Source: Squatina squatina (taxonomy: Eukaryota). Taken from it: 43,284 nt of DNA. The number at the start of each line of letters is the position of its first letter. Within the stretch, counting starts at the first letter, position 1. The DNA is taken from assembly GCA_031763465.1 (NCBI GenBank), contig JARFOE010000176.1, positions 7,898,427 through 7,941,710 on the forward strand, written 5' to 3'. Both the position numbers and the translations under genes were made by a program. Below are positions 1 through 12,877 of this stretch, piece after piece. The notes below the pieces were generated by a model, which searched no databases, had not been told where the DNA came from, and saw only the letters and a program-made list of their open reading frames with translations.

Positions 1-115
1 TAACGCCAGCGCCTTGTGCGTTATGGGCTTTGCGCCCGTTTAGCGCCGGCGTAAATGGCACCCGAATTTTGCGCCCGCATTTTAGCGCTAAAAGTTTGAC
101 CACGAATTGGCCGCC
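1..115. repeat. CpG-rich interspersed repeat fragment, possibly the end of a non-autonomous DNA transposon
   Basis: Abruptly GC/CpG-rich with internal repeats of tttgcgcccg and tttagcgc, unlike the flanking intron. Family not identified. Confidence 0.35.
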
Positions 116-134
116 CAAGAAGTCTTACTCCAAT

Positions 135-672
135 TATGTAGGGCCTTGATGAGGCTACACCTGGGAGTATGGAGTATAGTCTTGTTCTCCTGACCTAAGG
201 AAGGATACACTTGGCTTAGAGGGAGTGCAACGAAGGTTCACCAGCCTGATTCCTGGGATGGGAAAATTGTCCTATGAAGAGAGATTGAGCAGACTAGAGC
301 TATATTCCCCAGAATTTAGAATAATGAGAGGTGATCTCATTGAAAGATATAAGATTCTTACAAGGCTTCAAGGGTAGATGCTGGGAAGATGTTTCCCCTG
401 GCTTTGGGGAGTCCAGGACTAAGGGTCACAATCTCAATGGGTCATGAATCTTTGGTATTCTCTACCCCAGAGGGTTGTGGATGCTCAGTCACTGAGTATA
501 ATCAAGACAGAGTTCAATAGATTTTTGGATATTAAGCAAATCAAGGCATATGGGGATGCTGTGGGAAGTTGGAGTAGATGTAAAAGATCAGCCATGATCT
601 TACTGAATGCTGGAGCAGGCCCAAAGTGCCGAATGACCTACTGTTTCCCATTTTTGTGTTCTTACGTTCTTA
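135..672 (+). mobile_element. Decayed CR1-clade LINE 3' end (ORF2 C-terminus plus tail)
   Basis: Degenerate Y(R)ALMRLHL, LEGVQRRFTSLIPGM, LSYEERL, RGDLIE-YKI and NLWYSLPQRVV motifs with frameshifts. Ends in gatcagccatgatc...gccgaatgacctact...ttcttacgttctt. Confidence 0.85.
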
Positions 673-1308
673 TTCAGAAAACTTATCCATTCTCTGCATT
701 TGATGACATGTGACTACAGAAATATGGGGAAATAATTATTGCCCAGATATCTGGCATAGATTTTAATTAAATACTTCAATAAAAGTTTCAAAAGCTACTA
801 GACTTATTGTGCATACTTGTGTAAATTATCAAAAACAGTAAAGTGTGTTAAATATGATTAATACGCTCTGATATCTTTTGGCACCTATGAAACTGTAGAG
901 ATATTTCACAATGCATGTTTTCTTTAAAAGATGACAGTCTACATGGAAAAACTTTCAAAAATCTAATTATTTACAAACCTCATCAAAGATCAGGTATGAA
1001 CTCTGTCTCAGTTGGCAGCATAAATACAATAAAAGATAAGACATGAATGCATCTCAGCAAGCAAAAAATCCAGACTTCACGGTTACAGAACATTGCACTC
1101 CAACTCCATAATACTGAAATAAGTCTAAATTTGACTACAAAGTTGTGCCACTGGATCAGGCAATGGAACTAAGTGTTGTAATCTTAAAAATCAGGCTCCT
1201 TAGCAAATNNNNNNNNNNNNNNNNNNNNNNNNNNNNNNNNNNNNNNNNNNNNNNNNNNNNNNNNNNNNNNNNNNNNNNNNNNNNNNNNNNNNNNNNNNNN
1301 NNNNNNNN

Positions 1309-1441
1309 ATAACTGCAGCAAGACATCCCTGCTCCTGTACTCGAATCCTCTTGCTATGGAAGCCAACATACATTTTTGCCTTCTTAACCGCCTGCTGCAC
1401 CTGCATGCTTACTTTCAGCGACTGGTGCACAAGGACACCCT
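1309..1441 (-). mobile_element. CR1 LINE ORF2 fragment
   Basis: GVLVHQSLKVSMQVQQAVKKA followed, after a frameshift, by MLASIARGFEYRSRDVLLQL. Confidence 0.85.
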
Positions 1442-1734
1442 TTAAAAAAAATATATATATATTTTCTTCTTGGTCATCCATACTTCAGGGTTAGTTGTGG
1501 GTTACTATTGAAATAAGCAGTCTGCTGTGAATAACTATACAGAAACATTTATGAACTTTATTTCTCCAGGTTTCTTATTCACGTTTAGAGATGCTTAACT
1601 GAGTATGGCCAAGTCTATTAAATATGATAAATCTGATGGAGTTAGGGAGGAAATGTAAGCATATGTTGTTTGATTTGGTGGCAAACTAGGTGATTTTACA
1701 TTAATTCTGTGAGATTAACTGGACAATTCATTAC

Positions 1735-2359
1735 TCATTGATGCATTTTGTAAGTAAGAATGAGAGGCAATAGAAACTGAATGGTACAATTTTAAAGGGG
1801 TGCAGGAACAGAGAGAACATGGGGGTGTATGTTTATAAATCTTTGAAGGTGGCAGAACAAGTTGAGAAGTTGGTAAACAAGCAGGACAAGTTGATAAAGA
1901 AAGCATACAGGATCATTAGCTTTACAAATAATGGCTTAGAGTACCAAAGCAAGGAGGCTATGCTAAACCTTTATAAAATACTGATTAGGCCTCAGCTGGA
2001 GTATTGTGCCCAATTCTGGACACCACACTCTAGGAAGGCTGTTAAGGCCTTGGCGAGGGTGCAGAGATTTATTCGAATTGTAGCAGGGATGAGGGATTTC
2101 AGTTAGGTGGAGAGGCTAGAACATGCAAAAGGGAATTGGAAAAATAATTGAAGGGAAAAATTTTACAGTGCTAGGGGAAAGAGCAGGGGTGTAGAATTAA
2201 TAGGATAAACTCTTAACAAAGAGCCAGCACAAACTCGATGGGCCGAATGGCCATCTTCTGTGCTGCATCACTCCTATAATTCTATGATTATTCTCCTTTG
2301 AGCAGAGAAGGTTAAGGGGAGTGTTAATAGAGGTATTCAAAAGTATGAAGGGTTTTGAT
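1735..2359 (+). mobile_element. CR1 LINE ORF2 3' fragment(s) with tail
   Basis: GVYVYKSLKVAEQVEK...LEYQSKEAMLNLYKILIRPQLEYCAQFWTPH...LARVQR. Tail gatgggccgaatggcc...ataattctatgatt at about 2237-2290, then a second short piece (LIEVFKSMKGFD). Confidence 0.85.
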
Positions 2360-4254
2360 NNNNNNNNNNNNNNNNNNNNNNNNNNNNNNNNNNNNNNNNN
2401 NNNNNNNNNNNNNNNNNNNNNNNNNNNNNNNNNNNNNNNNNNNNNNNNNNNNNNNNNNNACAATTGTCTGCTGCTGATGGCGACCCTTGACATGCCCAAG
2501 TGAGGCAGCAAAGCACCAGTCATGACAAGACGTGTCAAGAGATGTAGCATGAATTAACGAGACATGTTTGTACCCACAATCTTGCAGTTTTCAATTCCTG
2601 CTCTCAGGTCTGGCTCTTCCACACATCAATGGAGGGGGAATCTAAGGGAGAATCTGCCTCGGATGCTTTCAAATAACTCGTGATTAATTTACATAGCTGT
2701 AAATTTTTGTGCTGCAGATATTTTTGCAGCGTGAAGCTTGGTACATGTGTTTGAACAGAGTTTGCCTTAAAAGAAGTAGGAAAAAGAAATAAACTTTAGT
2801 TTGTGCACACTGCTCACCTTGTGGTAATTCAGAGAACTGTAACTGGAGAGGAACATTTGCTCAACAGCCATGTTGGAGTAACATAATCTGCCTGAGCAAT
2901 ACGTCTAACACAGTCTTAATGTGAATTTGATAAGGGAAAAATTGTACTGCTGTCTGTTGGGCTAGTGCAGACTAAAACAAGGAGGAATTGACCAATCTGT
3001 CGCATGGTATGATCTGTTGAAAACGGGAAAACCCCTTATGTAAACGTGATTTGCCAAACGTGCATCAAAGAAGTCTTTTGATTGTGTAAAACTGAATTGT
3101 CAGTGAAATGTTTGAAATTGGTCGGACGCTAAATGCTGCTTTATTGAATAATGAGGTACTGTATACTTTGTTTTTTGGCAAGTGTTTTTACATATTGTAC
3201 ATAGCTTTCAAATTCAAGAAAATTGTTATGGTGGGTAATACATTTAAGAAGTCTTATTGATGTGATGCATAATTTTTTTTTGTTCAATAGATTCAGTGCG
3301 ATTGTCGTATTCTATGGGCTGTTGCCTGGAAGATTATGTTGTTTAAGGCTTCAAAATGCTATGGAGTAGGTAGTTGTTAATGCTGAATTAGCTCAAATGT
3401 GGTCCATCTGGGCTGTGTAAGCCTGATGGCGACTGATGCTAAGATACTTACAACCTTCGGGACAAATTTTATGTTGATCAGGGAATTATGAGATCACGGT
3501 GATAACCGATAACTAGCGAGAGCATCTCTGCATAGTTTATCATTAACGGATCACTTTTTGTAGAAAATGGGCAGTTGCAACTTCATAGGTGGAGATGTAA
3601 TCTGGCTGATCATAAAAGTGATTGCTCCATGAAGATAGGGAAAAGCTTATAATGGAAAATCTATGTTCCACCATCTGCTGTACAGTACCAAGAGAATACT
3701 GACAAGGATTTCACTGGACACAAACTAAAATTGTACTTTGCTTCTCTATCGTTGCAAAACATATTTGGCTTGTACTCCTAGAACTATTTCGCAGGGTTGA
3801 CTTCTTGAATTATTTCCATGCCACTGAACCCTCCCTGGCAATTTCAGGAGTTCAAATAAGAGTCACTTGGAGNNNNNNNNNNNNNNNNNNNNNNNNNNNN
3901 NNNNNNNNNNNNNNNNNNNNNNNNNNNNNNNNNNNNNNNNNNNNNNNNNNNNNNNNNNNNNNNNNNNNNNNNGCACAAATACATGACACATGATCCTACA
4001 TGTGTGCACCTGTGTAAGCACAGTGGTTCTGTGTTTTGGCAGGAACTGGAACACCACTGTTTGTGAAGAGTGTAACCTTGCTGGCATAAGAGAGGTGCCA
4101 TTGCTCAATCTGGAATTTACACTGCCCCAGGTAAACTTAACAACAGCAAAAGAAAATCTAGAGAATTTTCTAACAGATTCTGGGCTCACTGTGCAGCAAT
4201 CTTATAAACTGGTTCAAGCTGGTTTGGGACAGTTAATCTATCATTGCAGGTGAT

Positions 4255-4393
4255 TTTCTGACTACGATTAAGAATGGAATTAGGTGAGTGCAGTCCCCCC
4301 CGGCTGGACGATGGTGGAGAGACGTCGGATGAGGATGGTGTGGTCAACCGTATTAAAGGCTGCAGACAGGTCGAGAAGGATGAGGAGGGATAG
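4255..4393 (-). mobile_element. L2-clade LINE reverse transcriptase fragment
   Basis: The reverse strand reads LSLLILLDLSAAFNTVDHTILIRRLSTIVQPGGTAL, matching the non-LTR RT motif LDLSAAFDTVDH typical of L2. Confidence 0.8.
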
Positions 4394-7203
4394 TCACATA
4401 AGATATAATTTTTGATTTTGAAAGATATGCCTAGTATTTTTTCTACTCCGTAAGTGCATTGATTATTTTAACTTTTTAAGTAGCTTTGGTTCAACTGTTA
4501 ATATTATGTCCTGTATTTCTGGTACTGCATGATGAGTGTTACATTTATTTGGTTTCTTATAAACAGCAACTGTTACTGATTCATGTTAAATCCTACATGT
4601 TTTTCTGTTGGCTTTTATTGAGAATAATTGTTGTTGACTGTTGACTGCTCATCTTACTAGTGTTTTAAAAGATGCAGTTAACATGTGTGTTGCATGTGTG
4701 GTTAATAGCCAATGTAAGTTTACATAATTGAATTTGAAAGATATTACGGTATAGAAATTCGTTTCAAGTTAGACACATAACTAGAGCATCATTGCTGGGA
4801 TAGTTTTGAATAGCATTTTTCAGTTCAGAAAATCAAAGTATATAAAATAGTTTAAGGGAATAAAAACCTATTGAAATCATCGATACCTGAAATAAATTCA
4901 TTGTCTTTGTGTAATTTTTTTATACACAAAGTGGTCTGTGAGCCCCAAGGCTTTGCATTAATTATGCACGTCTTGAGAAAGCAACTGTCGGAGTAGATAA
5001 GGTGGTTGAAACACTTAAATTTAAAAGCTCAGTTTGCTTGACAATGGATGTGAGATGCAAGCATTGAAGCATGGCCGAGATATGACATCTTGGCTTCTGC
5101 AGATTGCAAATTGAAGATGTGACTTGCAAATTTATAGTAAACAAAATTGAGTGAAAATTTGTGTGTGTGTGTTGGTTTCTTAATCTCGGCCTAATTACCA
5201 GGGACATGGTGCAGTTCAAAAGCTTTTCTCTGTTGTGGATAGAGGTCACCGCATCATTAACATCGTCAATCTGGTAAAAGCTAATTTCAATAGCAGCTGA
5301 TGTCATGACAGCCTTTTATTTTTCTAGCCAATCAGACACAAGCAGTAGTGACAGATGGTCCCATAAATGGGAGTAAAAGGGTAAAGCAGCCAGCCAATTC
5401 TCTGGGCTGGTTTGTTGTCTCCTGTAGCTTAGATTCAGTACTGCTTTATTCTTTTATTTTGCACAAACACTTTCACTGTGTTTTTGGATCTTAACAGAGG
5501 AATTGAAATATAAGTCTTCTCCTGAAGATTTCAAGTACGATAAGATCTAATCCTGTGCAATAAGAATGGTTATGGTAGGTACTAGGGCTTGATATAATTT
5601 TAATCTACTTGGGAAATGTACCAAAATGGTTCAGTTTATTGTACATTTTATTATTAGTACATTACTGATATTTGTGAGAAAACAAAATTAAAACTTACTT
5701 AATATCCAGGCTTGGGAGTGAGGGGGCCGAAAGCACTCTGCAGTGGTTACAATGATTTCAAGGATGTGATTTATGTAAGCACCCGTACAACCGCATATTG
5801 TATTTCAAAGAGTTTGGCATCGTGACCTCATCAGAGAGGAGGAGGCTTGTGTGCTGTACTATGTAGTATATGTTGAATTGTTGTAACTCGAAACATCAGT
5901 GTTGTAGAGAAGGCATGCCTGTTTTTACATAATTCCCTTTCGGTTTTGATTCACTGAAGACTACAAATTTCTTCCTAATCAAAAATGGAGTGGGGTGGTT
6001 TAAAAATGGTAGGTGTTTAAAAGATGTGCTATTTGCCTCCATGTCAGTAACACGTTCTTTGTTTAGTATAGTATTTGAAAACATAGGGTCTTTGTGTGAG
6101 TAGAGGAATGCCATTTGGCTATTTAAACATATNNNNNNNNNNNNNNNNNNNNNNNNNNNNNNNNNNNNNNNNNNNNNNNNNNNNNNNNNNNNNNNNNNNN
6201 NNNNNNNNNNNNNNNNNNNNNNNNNNNNNNNNNNNNNNNNNNNNNNNNNNNNNNNNNNNNNNNNNNNNNNNNNNNNNNNNNNNNNNNNNNNNNNNNNNNN
6301 NNNNNNNNNNNNNNNNNNNNNNNNNNNNNNNNNNNNNNNNNNNNNNNNNNNNCGAGCGAAAGGAAGCTGAACTGAGAGCAGGTGGCTGTCATATGGGAAT
6401 ACCATGAAGCGAACAGTAGAACAGGCACTGTGATTGTCTCCCCCATTCTGTGAGAATCACAACTTTAATTGTTTCAAAAGGTGTTAATTATATTCCAGAC
6501 TGGAGGCTAGCTCAGTTGAGGCTATTATTAGACATCTGTGCCTTAAGAGTAAATGGCATTTCATTGGATTTTCTTCCTGTAGCAATGTACCTGTCAAAGG
6601 GGAAGAAATTGTATGAGCCAATAAGTATATAAAATTGGTCAAATAAAACCTATAACAGTAAATGGTGAGCACTACACTGCTGGTGGTTGTCTCAAGCATT
6701 ACTGGAATTTTCCACCAGGCGATCCTGTACAGTCTGCCAATAGTGAAAAAGATTCTAATGTTTAGCCCAATTTTAACATTGTAGTGGGTGTGTTTTTTTC
6801 TTTAGCAAAGATGAATTCATTAATTCTTCAGTTGAAGTGAATATGTATGATGCATTTGATGTGAGAAATTGGGGAAAGCTTACATTCCTTATTCGAGCTA
6901 ATACAACTAAAGCAGGATGAAACTGCAAACTCTTTATAGTATATAGTTTGTGGAATGATATTATTAGTTTTGGAAAATGATTTCAGTGTCCTGAAAGGAA
7001 GATAGGCAGTGCATAATAACGTTAAGAGTAGGAGAATTCAGTAAGGCCTAAAGATTAGAAAGCATGTTAAACAACAGATTTTATTTGTGCAGAACACAAC
7101 CCCNNNNNNNNNNNNNNNNNNNNNNNNNNNNNNNNNNNNNNNNNNNNNNNNNNNNNNNNNNNNNNNNNNNNNNNNNNNNNNNNNNNNNNNNNNNNNNNNN
7201 NNN

Positions 7204-7335
7204 TAACAGCACTGTGGGAGTACCTTCACCACAAGGACTGCAGTGGTTCAAGAGGGTGGCTCATTACCATCTTCTCAAGGGTAACTAGGGATGGGCAATA
7301 AATACTGGCCTTGCCAGCAACGCACACATCCCAGG
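7204..7335 (+). mobile_element. LINE 3' terminus (CR1-like family recalled from shark genomes)
   Basis: NSTVGVPSPQGLQWFKRVAHYHLLKG followed by the tail agggatgggcaataaatactggccttgccagc. Recognised by recall only. Confidence 0.55.
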
Positions 7336-7354
7336 AGAGAATTTTTAAAAATTG

Positions 7355-7649
7355 AAAAATTCTTACAAGGATCCACAGGGTAGATACAGAGAGGATATTT
7401 CCCCTGGCTGGGCAGGTCTAGGACCAGGGGACACAGTCTCAGAATAAAGGGTAGGTCATTTAGGACTGAGATGATAAATTTCTGCATGCAGAGGCTGGTG
7501 AATCTTTGGAATTCTCTACCCCAGAGAGCTGTGAAGGCTCAGTCATTGAGTATATTCAAGACAGTGATTGATAGATTTCTAGATGTTGCAAGGCATCAAG
7601 GGATATGGGGGCGGGACAGGAAAATGGCGTTGAGATAGAAGATCAGCCA
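7355..7649 (+). mobile_element. CR1 LINE 3' fragment
   Basis: Aligns by eye with 350-672 (attcttacaagg, gggtagat, gaatctttgg.attctctacccca, gagtata.tcaagacag, gatcagccatg, ttcttatgttctt-like tail). Confidence 0.85.
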
Positions 7650-8357
7650 TGGCGGAGCAGGCTTGAATGGCCGTGAGGCCTAATCCTGCTCCTGTTTCTT
7701 ATGTTCTTATGATACTTTGCGCTGACCCGGAAAAGAAGCAAAAAGACCCCAATTCTGGGGCAGAAGACATCGCTCTGGGTCTGGCGCAAAACCACCGAGC
7801 CCTGGACCAATGCAGCACCCCATTCCGGTGCTCTCCAATTGGGGGCCCAAGATGTTTGCATCGGTCATCCATGTAATTGTATTACTGTGGTTTCAGTCTT
7901 TGAAACCATTGAACCATTAAAAATTGTTTCACACTACTAGAACCATTATGTGAACAGAGAGCATAGCATTGCTTGTTGAATAAAATTTTTATACAGCTTA
8001 TAAACCTGATGTGACAACAGATCCAATTCACTCATAAGATTTGTACACAATGGGTACCTACAGTGTTCCCTGTAATTTTTTGTTGGGGGGGTTACGCAGC
8101 TCCTTTAGTGGGCAGTAAGTGCAGCACAGCTACGTTAGGAACCGCCCCAATTCCACTGGGTGGGCTGTTAAAATTAGAACTTTTAACTCTTCTATACCAT
8201 TTGCCTCTAATTATGTTATCTGGACTCATTTATGCAAACACAATTTAAAAAAAAAGAAACAAAATATTAAATCTAAACATAGGTATTCCTAATGTTTTGA
8301 CTTTTAAATGGGGTATTATTAGTGATACTTTAATGGGCCATAAGTTTCTATGATTCT

Positions 8358-8473
8358 ATCATGTCTGTGCCGGCTGAAAAAAAAGCTATCCAGCCTAATC
8401 CTAGTTTGTAGCTCTTGGTCCGTAGCCTTGTAGGTTACGGCACTTCAAGTGCATATCTAACTACTTTTTAAAT
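8358..8473 (-). mobile_element. Short CR1 3' fragment
   Basis: The reverse complement reads ttaaaaagtagttagatatgcacttgaag...gctggatagct...gccggcacagacatgat, similar to the 2130-2240 tail region. A ttctatgattctat CR1-type tail repeat is adjacent. Confidence 0.55.
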
Positions 8474-8795
8474 ATTAATTAATTTGATAAGTTGTACTGA
8501 AAGATTTCAGTAAATTGCATACAGCTTCATTTTGGTTCCATGAAATAATATTCCAACTACAAAGAAAAGCTTAGACTTTTGTATTTTACATTAGTGCTAT
8601 CCTACTTTATAAAGTTAGACATGATTTCATCAATTGAGTTGAGAGGAAGGTGGGAGGGAATGCTTTATTTTATTTTAAAACAACCTAAAGAGTGCTTCAC
8701 TCTTTCAAGGAGCATAAGTTGTTCCTGGTGAGTTGCAGTATTGTGATACTCCACTTTTCAGAAACTAAAGGTTGGCCATCTATAATTCCTCTTAA

Positions 8796-8969
<174 letters not shown>

Positions 8970-9010
8970 TAAAAGGAAAATATCTGCCTTGTGTAAAATT
9001 TAAATCACAC

Positions 9011-9155
9011 GGGGTAATTTTGACCTTGGGTGATAGTGTAAAACTGGCAATATCAGATCGATCAACCAATTTTCATTTCCTTTGAATTTAATAGAAATGA
9101 AAATCGAGAGAGATTGTATTGCAATATTGCATGTCGCCAAAGTCAAAATTACCCC
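9011..9155. mobile_element. MITE-like hairpin element
   Basis: Terminal inverted repeats ggggtaattttgaccttgg and ccaaagtcaaaattacccc (18/19 match), plus a central inverted pair attttcatttc / gaaatgaaaat. Confidence 0.7.
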
Positions 9156-10252
9156 CATAGAGCTCTTGTAAGGCGCTTGCAGAAAGCAGCCCCTGTCACG
9201 CTCTCAAATCATTTAAGAGTTAATAGCTGGGAGCAGAGCTCTGCCCATGCATATAGGGACAGAGATCTCTCCTGACTATGAGAATGCCAGTGTAAGCCAG
9301 GTAGCGTAAATCATGCTGGAGCAGATTCTGCAGTTGCTGGTCTCGACAACATTCCTTTATAGAACCCAACAAATGGATTTGCTTATATTCAAGTTGTAAT
9401 TCTGATGAAAGTATACCAAAAGACTAGCCTGTCATTTTTCTCTACAGATATTGATNNNNNNNNNNNNNNNNNNNNNNNNNNNNNNNNNNNNNNNNNNNNN
9501 NNNNNNNNNNNNNNNNNNNNNNNNNNNNNNNNNNNNNNNNNNNNNNNNNNNNNNNNNNNNNNNNNNNNNNNNNNNNNNNNNNNNNNNNNNNNNNNNNNNN
9601 NNNNNNNNNNNNNNNNNNNNNNNNNNNNNNNNNNNNNNNNNNNNNNNNNNNNNNNNNNNNNNNNNNNNNNNNNNNNNNNNNNNNNNNNNNNNNNNNNNNN
9701 NNNNNNNNNNNNNNNNNNNNNNNNNNNNNNNNNNNNNNNNNNNNNNNNNNNNNNNNNNNNNNNNNNNNNNNNNNNNNNNNNNNNNNNNNNNNNNNNNNNN
9801 NNNNNNNNNNNNNNNNNNNNNNNNNNNNNNNNNNNNNNNNNNNNNNNNNNNNNNNNNNNNNNNNNNNNNNNNNNNNNNNNNNNNNNNNNNNNNNNNNNNN
9901 NNNNNNNNNNNNNNNNNNNNNNNNNNNNNNNNNNNNNNNNNNNNNNNNNNNNNNNNNNNNNNNNNNNNNNNNNNNNNNNNNNNNNNNNNNNNNNNNNNNN
10001 NNNNNNNNNNNNNNNNNNNNNNNNNNNNNNTCTCGTCAATACAGTCATTTACGCAAGGCAAATGGGCGGATTGCTTATAAAAAATATTGTATAGCATGGA
10101 TTTACCAATTTCATCACAAATGGATAGGCGGAAGCTATTTTGGCAAGGCAAAAGTAGTACAAATTATTCCAAAGCTACTATTCGTGAATCAAGACACTCT
10201 ATTTTTATGACAACTTACTTAGCATAATTTCTTGCTTTTATCTTTTCTCTAG

Positions 10253-10411
<159 letters not shown>

Positions 10412-11105
10412 TGACATTGATACTTTTTCCAGATGACAGTTACCATCCTTCTAGCAATATTAATATTTAAGGAACAAAATTATCACCATTAAAAGGTTTT
10501 TTTTAGTACAATGGAATCTTGATTTTACTATTTTTTTTAGAAATGGCCACTTGAACTGACTTTTTTTAATTCATTAAGTTTTGCAGGTTGTTTAGAATTC
10601 ATTCTTCTCTGAGAGCTTCATTTTACCATATCTTGTAAAGCAGCACACATCTGACTATTGTGTATGCGCAATGTTGTCAAGGTATAATTTAAAAAAGCAA
10701 AAAGTTATGTAAAATTTATATTGCATTCGGTCCTCAATTTTGTTTCTGCAAGTTTCTTTTCATAAAACATTTACATAATTTTTTTAAAATTATGGCACTG
10801 TTTTTCCTCCCCACCCCCTTTATTGAGGCATATCTCCAGGTGGGGGAGGGGTGGATGAGACCGAGATGTGCCCCTAACTGGCTGATTTTCTGGCCTTAGA
10901 TCATTAACATATTGGAGACCAGCTCCTCAGCCTCTTACCAAAAAGAGGGTGAAGTTTTGATACAATAGTGCTTAGGGGGCCTATCCATGTCAGGATGCTG
11001 GCAGCTGCCATGCTAACTGCAAAACTGCATGTTTAAATCAATAAACTTTTAGACATTTCCCAGGGCCTGTGCATGCCAGCACTCCTCACGCACTTCTGCA
11101 GGCCT

Positions 11106-11206
11106 TGTTTACACCCTGGTTTCTTGGGGTCTGTGATCAGTGAGCTGTTTACGGCCTGGTTTATTGTGGTCTGTGCTCAGTGAGCTGTTTACACCCTGGT
11201 TTATTG
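11106..11206. repeat. 40-bp minisatellite (at least 2.5 copies, runs into a gap)
   Basis: Unit tgtttacaccctggttt(a/c)ttg(t/g)ggtctgtg(a/c)tcagtgagc starting at 11106, 11146 and 11186. Confidence 0.9.
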
Positions 11207-12625
11207 NNNNNNNNNNNNNNNNNNNNNNNNNNNNNNNNNNNNNNNNNNNNNNNNNNNNNNNNNNNNNNNNNNNNNNNNNNNNNNNNNNNNNNNNNNNNNN
11301 NNNNNNACTGCCATGTTTATAGGTTGGATATGTTGCGGCTGGGGAAACCAGTGCACGGAATCCATGATGAGGATGCACTGAAGAACGGGTCCTAGGTATG
11401 CTCAGTGCTAACAACACCACTACACGAAACGGTTAAAATGGCTTGGTAGAGTGAGGACATGTACTGTATCACTGCTAATTTTTACTCAAGACTTTGACAC
11501 ATGCTCCATAGATAAACCGACCGTTAACCTATCTGAGAAATTGAAATTAGAGTAGAGAAGGACATAAATTTCAAAATTCTGGGTTATTTCCCCAGCAATG
11601 ACATTAAATTTGGAACAATAGATAGCAAGAAACCTTTGATTAAAATTTTTCACGATGAATAGTAAAAGTGCTGGAGAATATATTAAGTCCAGGAGATGAT
11701 TTTTTAGTATATGGTAGTATTTAGGGCTTTAAGATTTAGCTTGCTATACATTCTGTTATCATTTTCCTTGTCTGTATCTGTATCATGCTGTGTAACATGA
11801 AGCAAAAGCTGCTGGAACAGATGGATAAAGATGTGTTGTTAATGAGATAGTGTGTGTGAACCTTGGACATTTTTCCAAGACCACAAGTGGGAGAGCGGGG
11901 TGGGTAGTGGTAGATGTTGGAGAAGTTATGTTAGGTGAAGGTGTATGTTAACTATATTTTGTGTTAAAGACCCAATTTTGTGGTTAAAAAACAGTTTCTT
12001 CAGCAACTTGCTGAAACGGCTAGTATATGGAGAATGTTAATAAGACAGCCCCGTCAGTAAGGTTGGGACTGACTTATCATACAAGATAGATTTGGATTTC
12101 TTGTGTAAGCTCTGAGCTTCTAATGGATGCATCTTTCTGTTTAACAACTCTGTGTTTATCTTTTCTGTAGCTGTAAGTAGATAAGCCAGTTTATGTTGTG
12201 TCCTGAGATTTTGCTGTGGAGTTTTTCACCATGAGACAGTGAGTCTTTTGAATGTTGAACTAATGGGACCTAATATAAACCAATAAAGGAAAAGGTATGA
12301 TGTAATGGCCTCTAATAAATCTATAAGCACAGAGGCAACAGCTCCAAGCTGGGCTCTATAGTATATGCTCTTAACAATGAAGCTGCGTTTAACCTGTCCT
12401 GTCCCTTTGTTACTGTGTAGGTATTCCTAAATAGCCATAATCAAGGCAATTGTGGCTTCTTCTAAGCTCCTGAGATCAATTAGAGGGCAATTGTAGCTGC
12501 TAGTTTCTGAGTTCCGTTCAAAACAACCCAGCCTGAAATGGTTGTTTTTCTCTTTTGCATCTGTAACAAAGTGTGAAGGGCACACATTCGTTGCAATATT
12601 AGATATGTACATAACTTGGGAATGA

Positions 12626-12877
<252 letters not shown>

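Noticed and set aside
444-2106. ORFs 444..713, 1200..1481 and 1819..2106 as genes
   Set aside because: Frameshifted CR1 ORF2 remnants.
3990-5306. ORFs 3990..4253 and 4962..5306 as missing elavl4 5' exons or nested genes
   Set aside because: No RRM1 N-terminal sequence (e.g. NLIVNYLPQ) or other recognisable domain; the 5' exons are outside the window or in gaps.
9389-10151. Long ORFs made mostly of X (also near 18.5, 27.7, 36.1 and 37.0 kb)
   Set aside because: Artefacts of N runs that lack stop codons.
11106-11206. CRISPR-like periodic repeat
   Set aside because: Contiguous tandem units with no unique spacers, in a eukaryotic intron with no cas genes.
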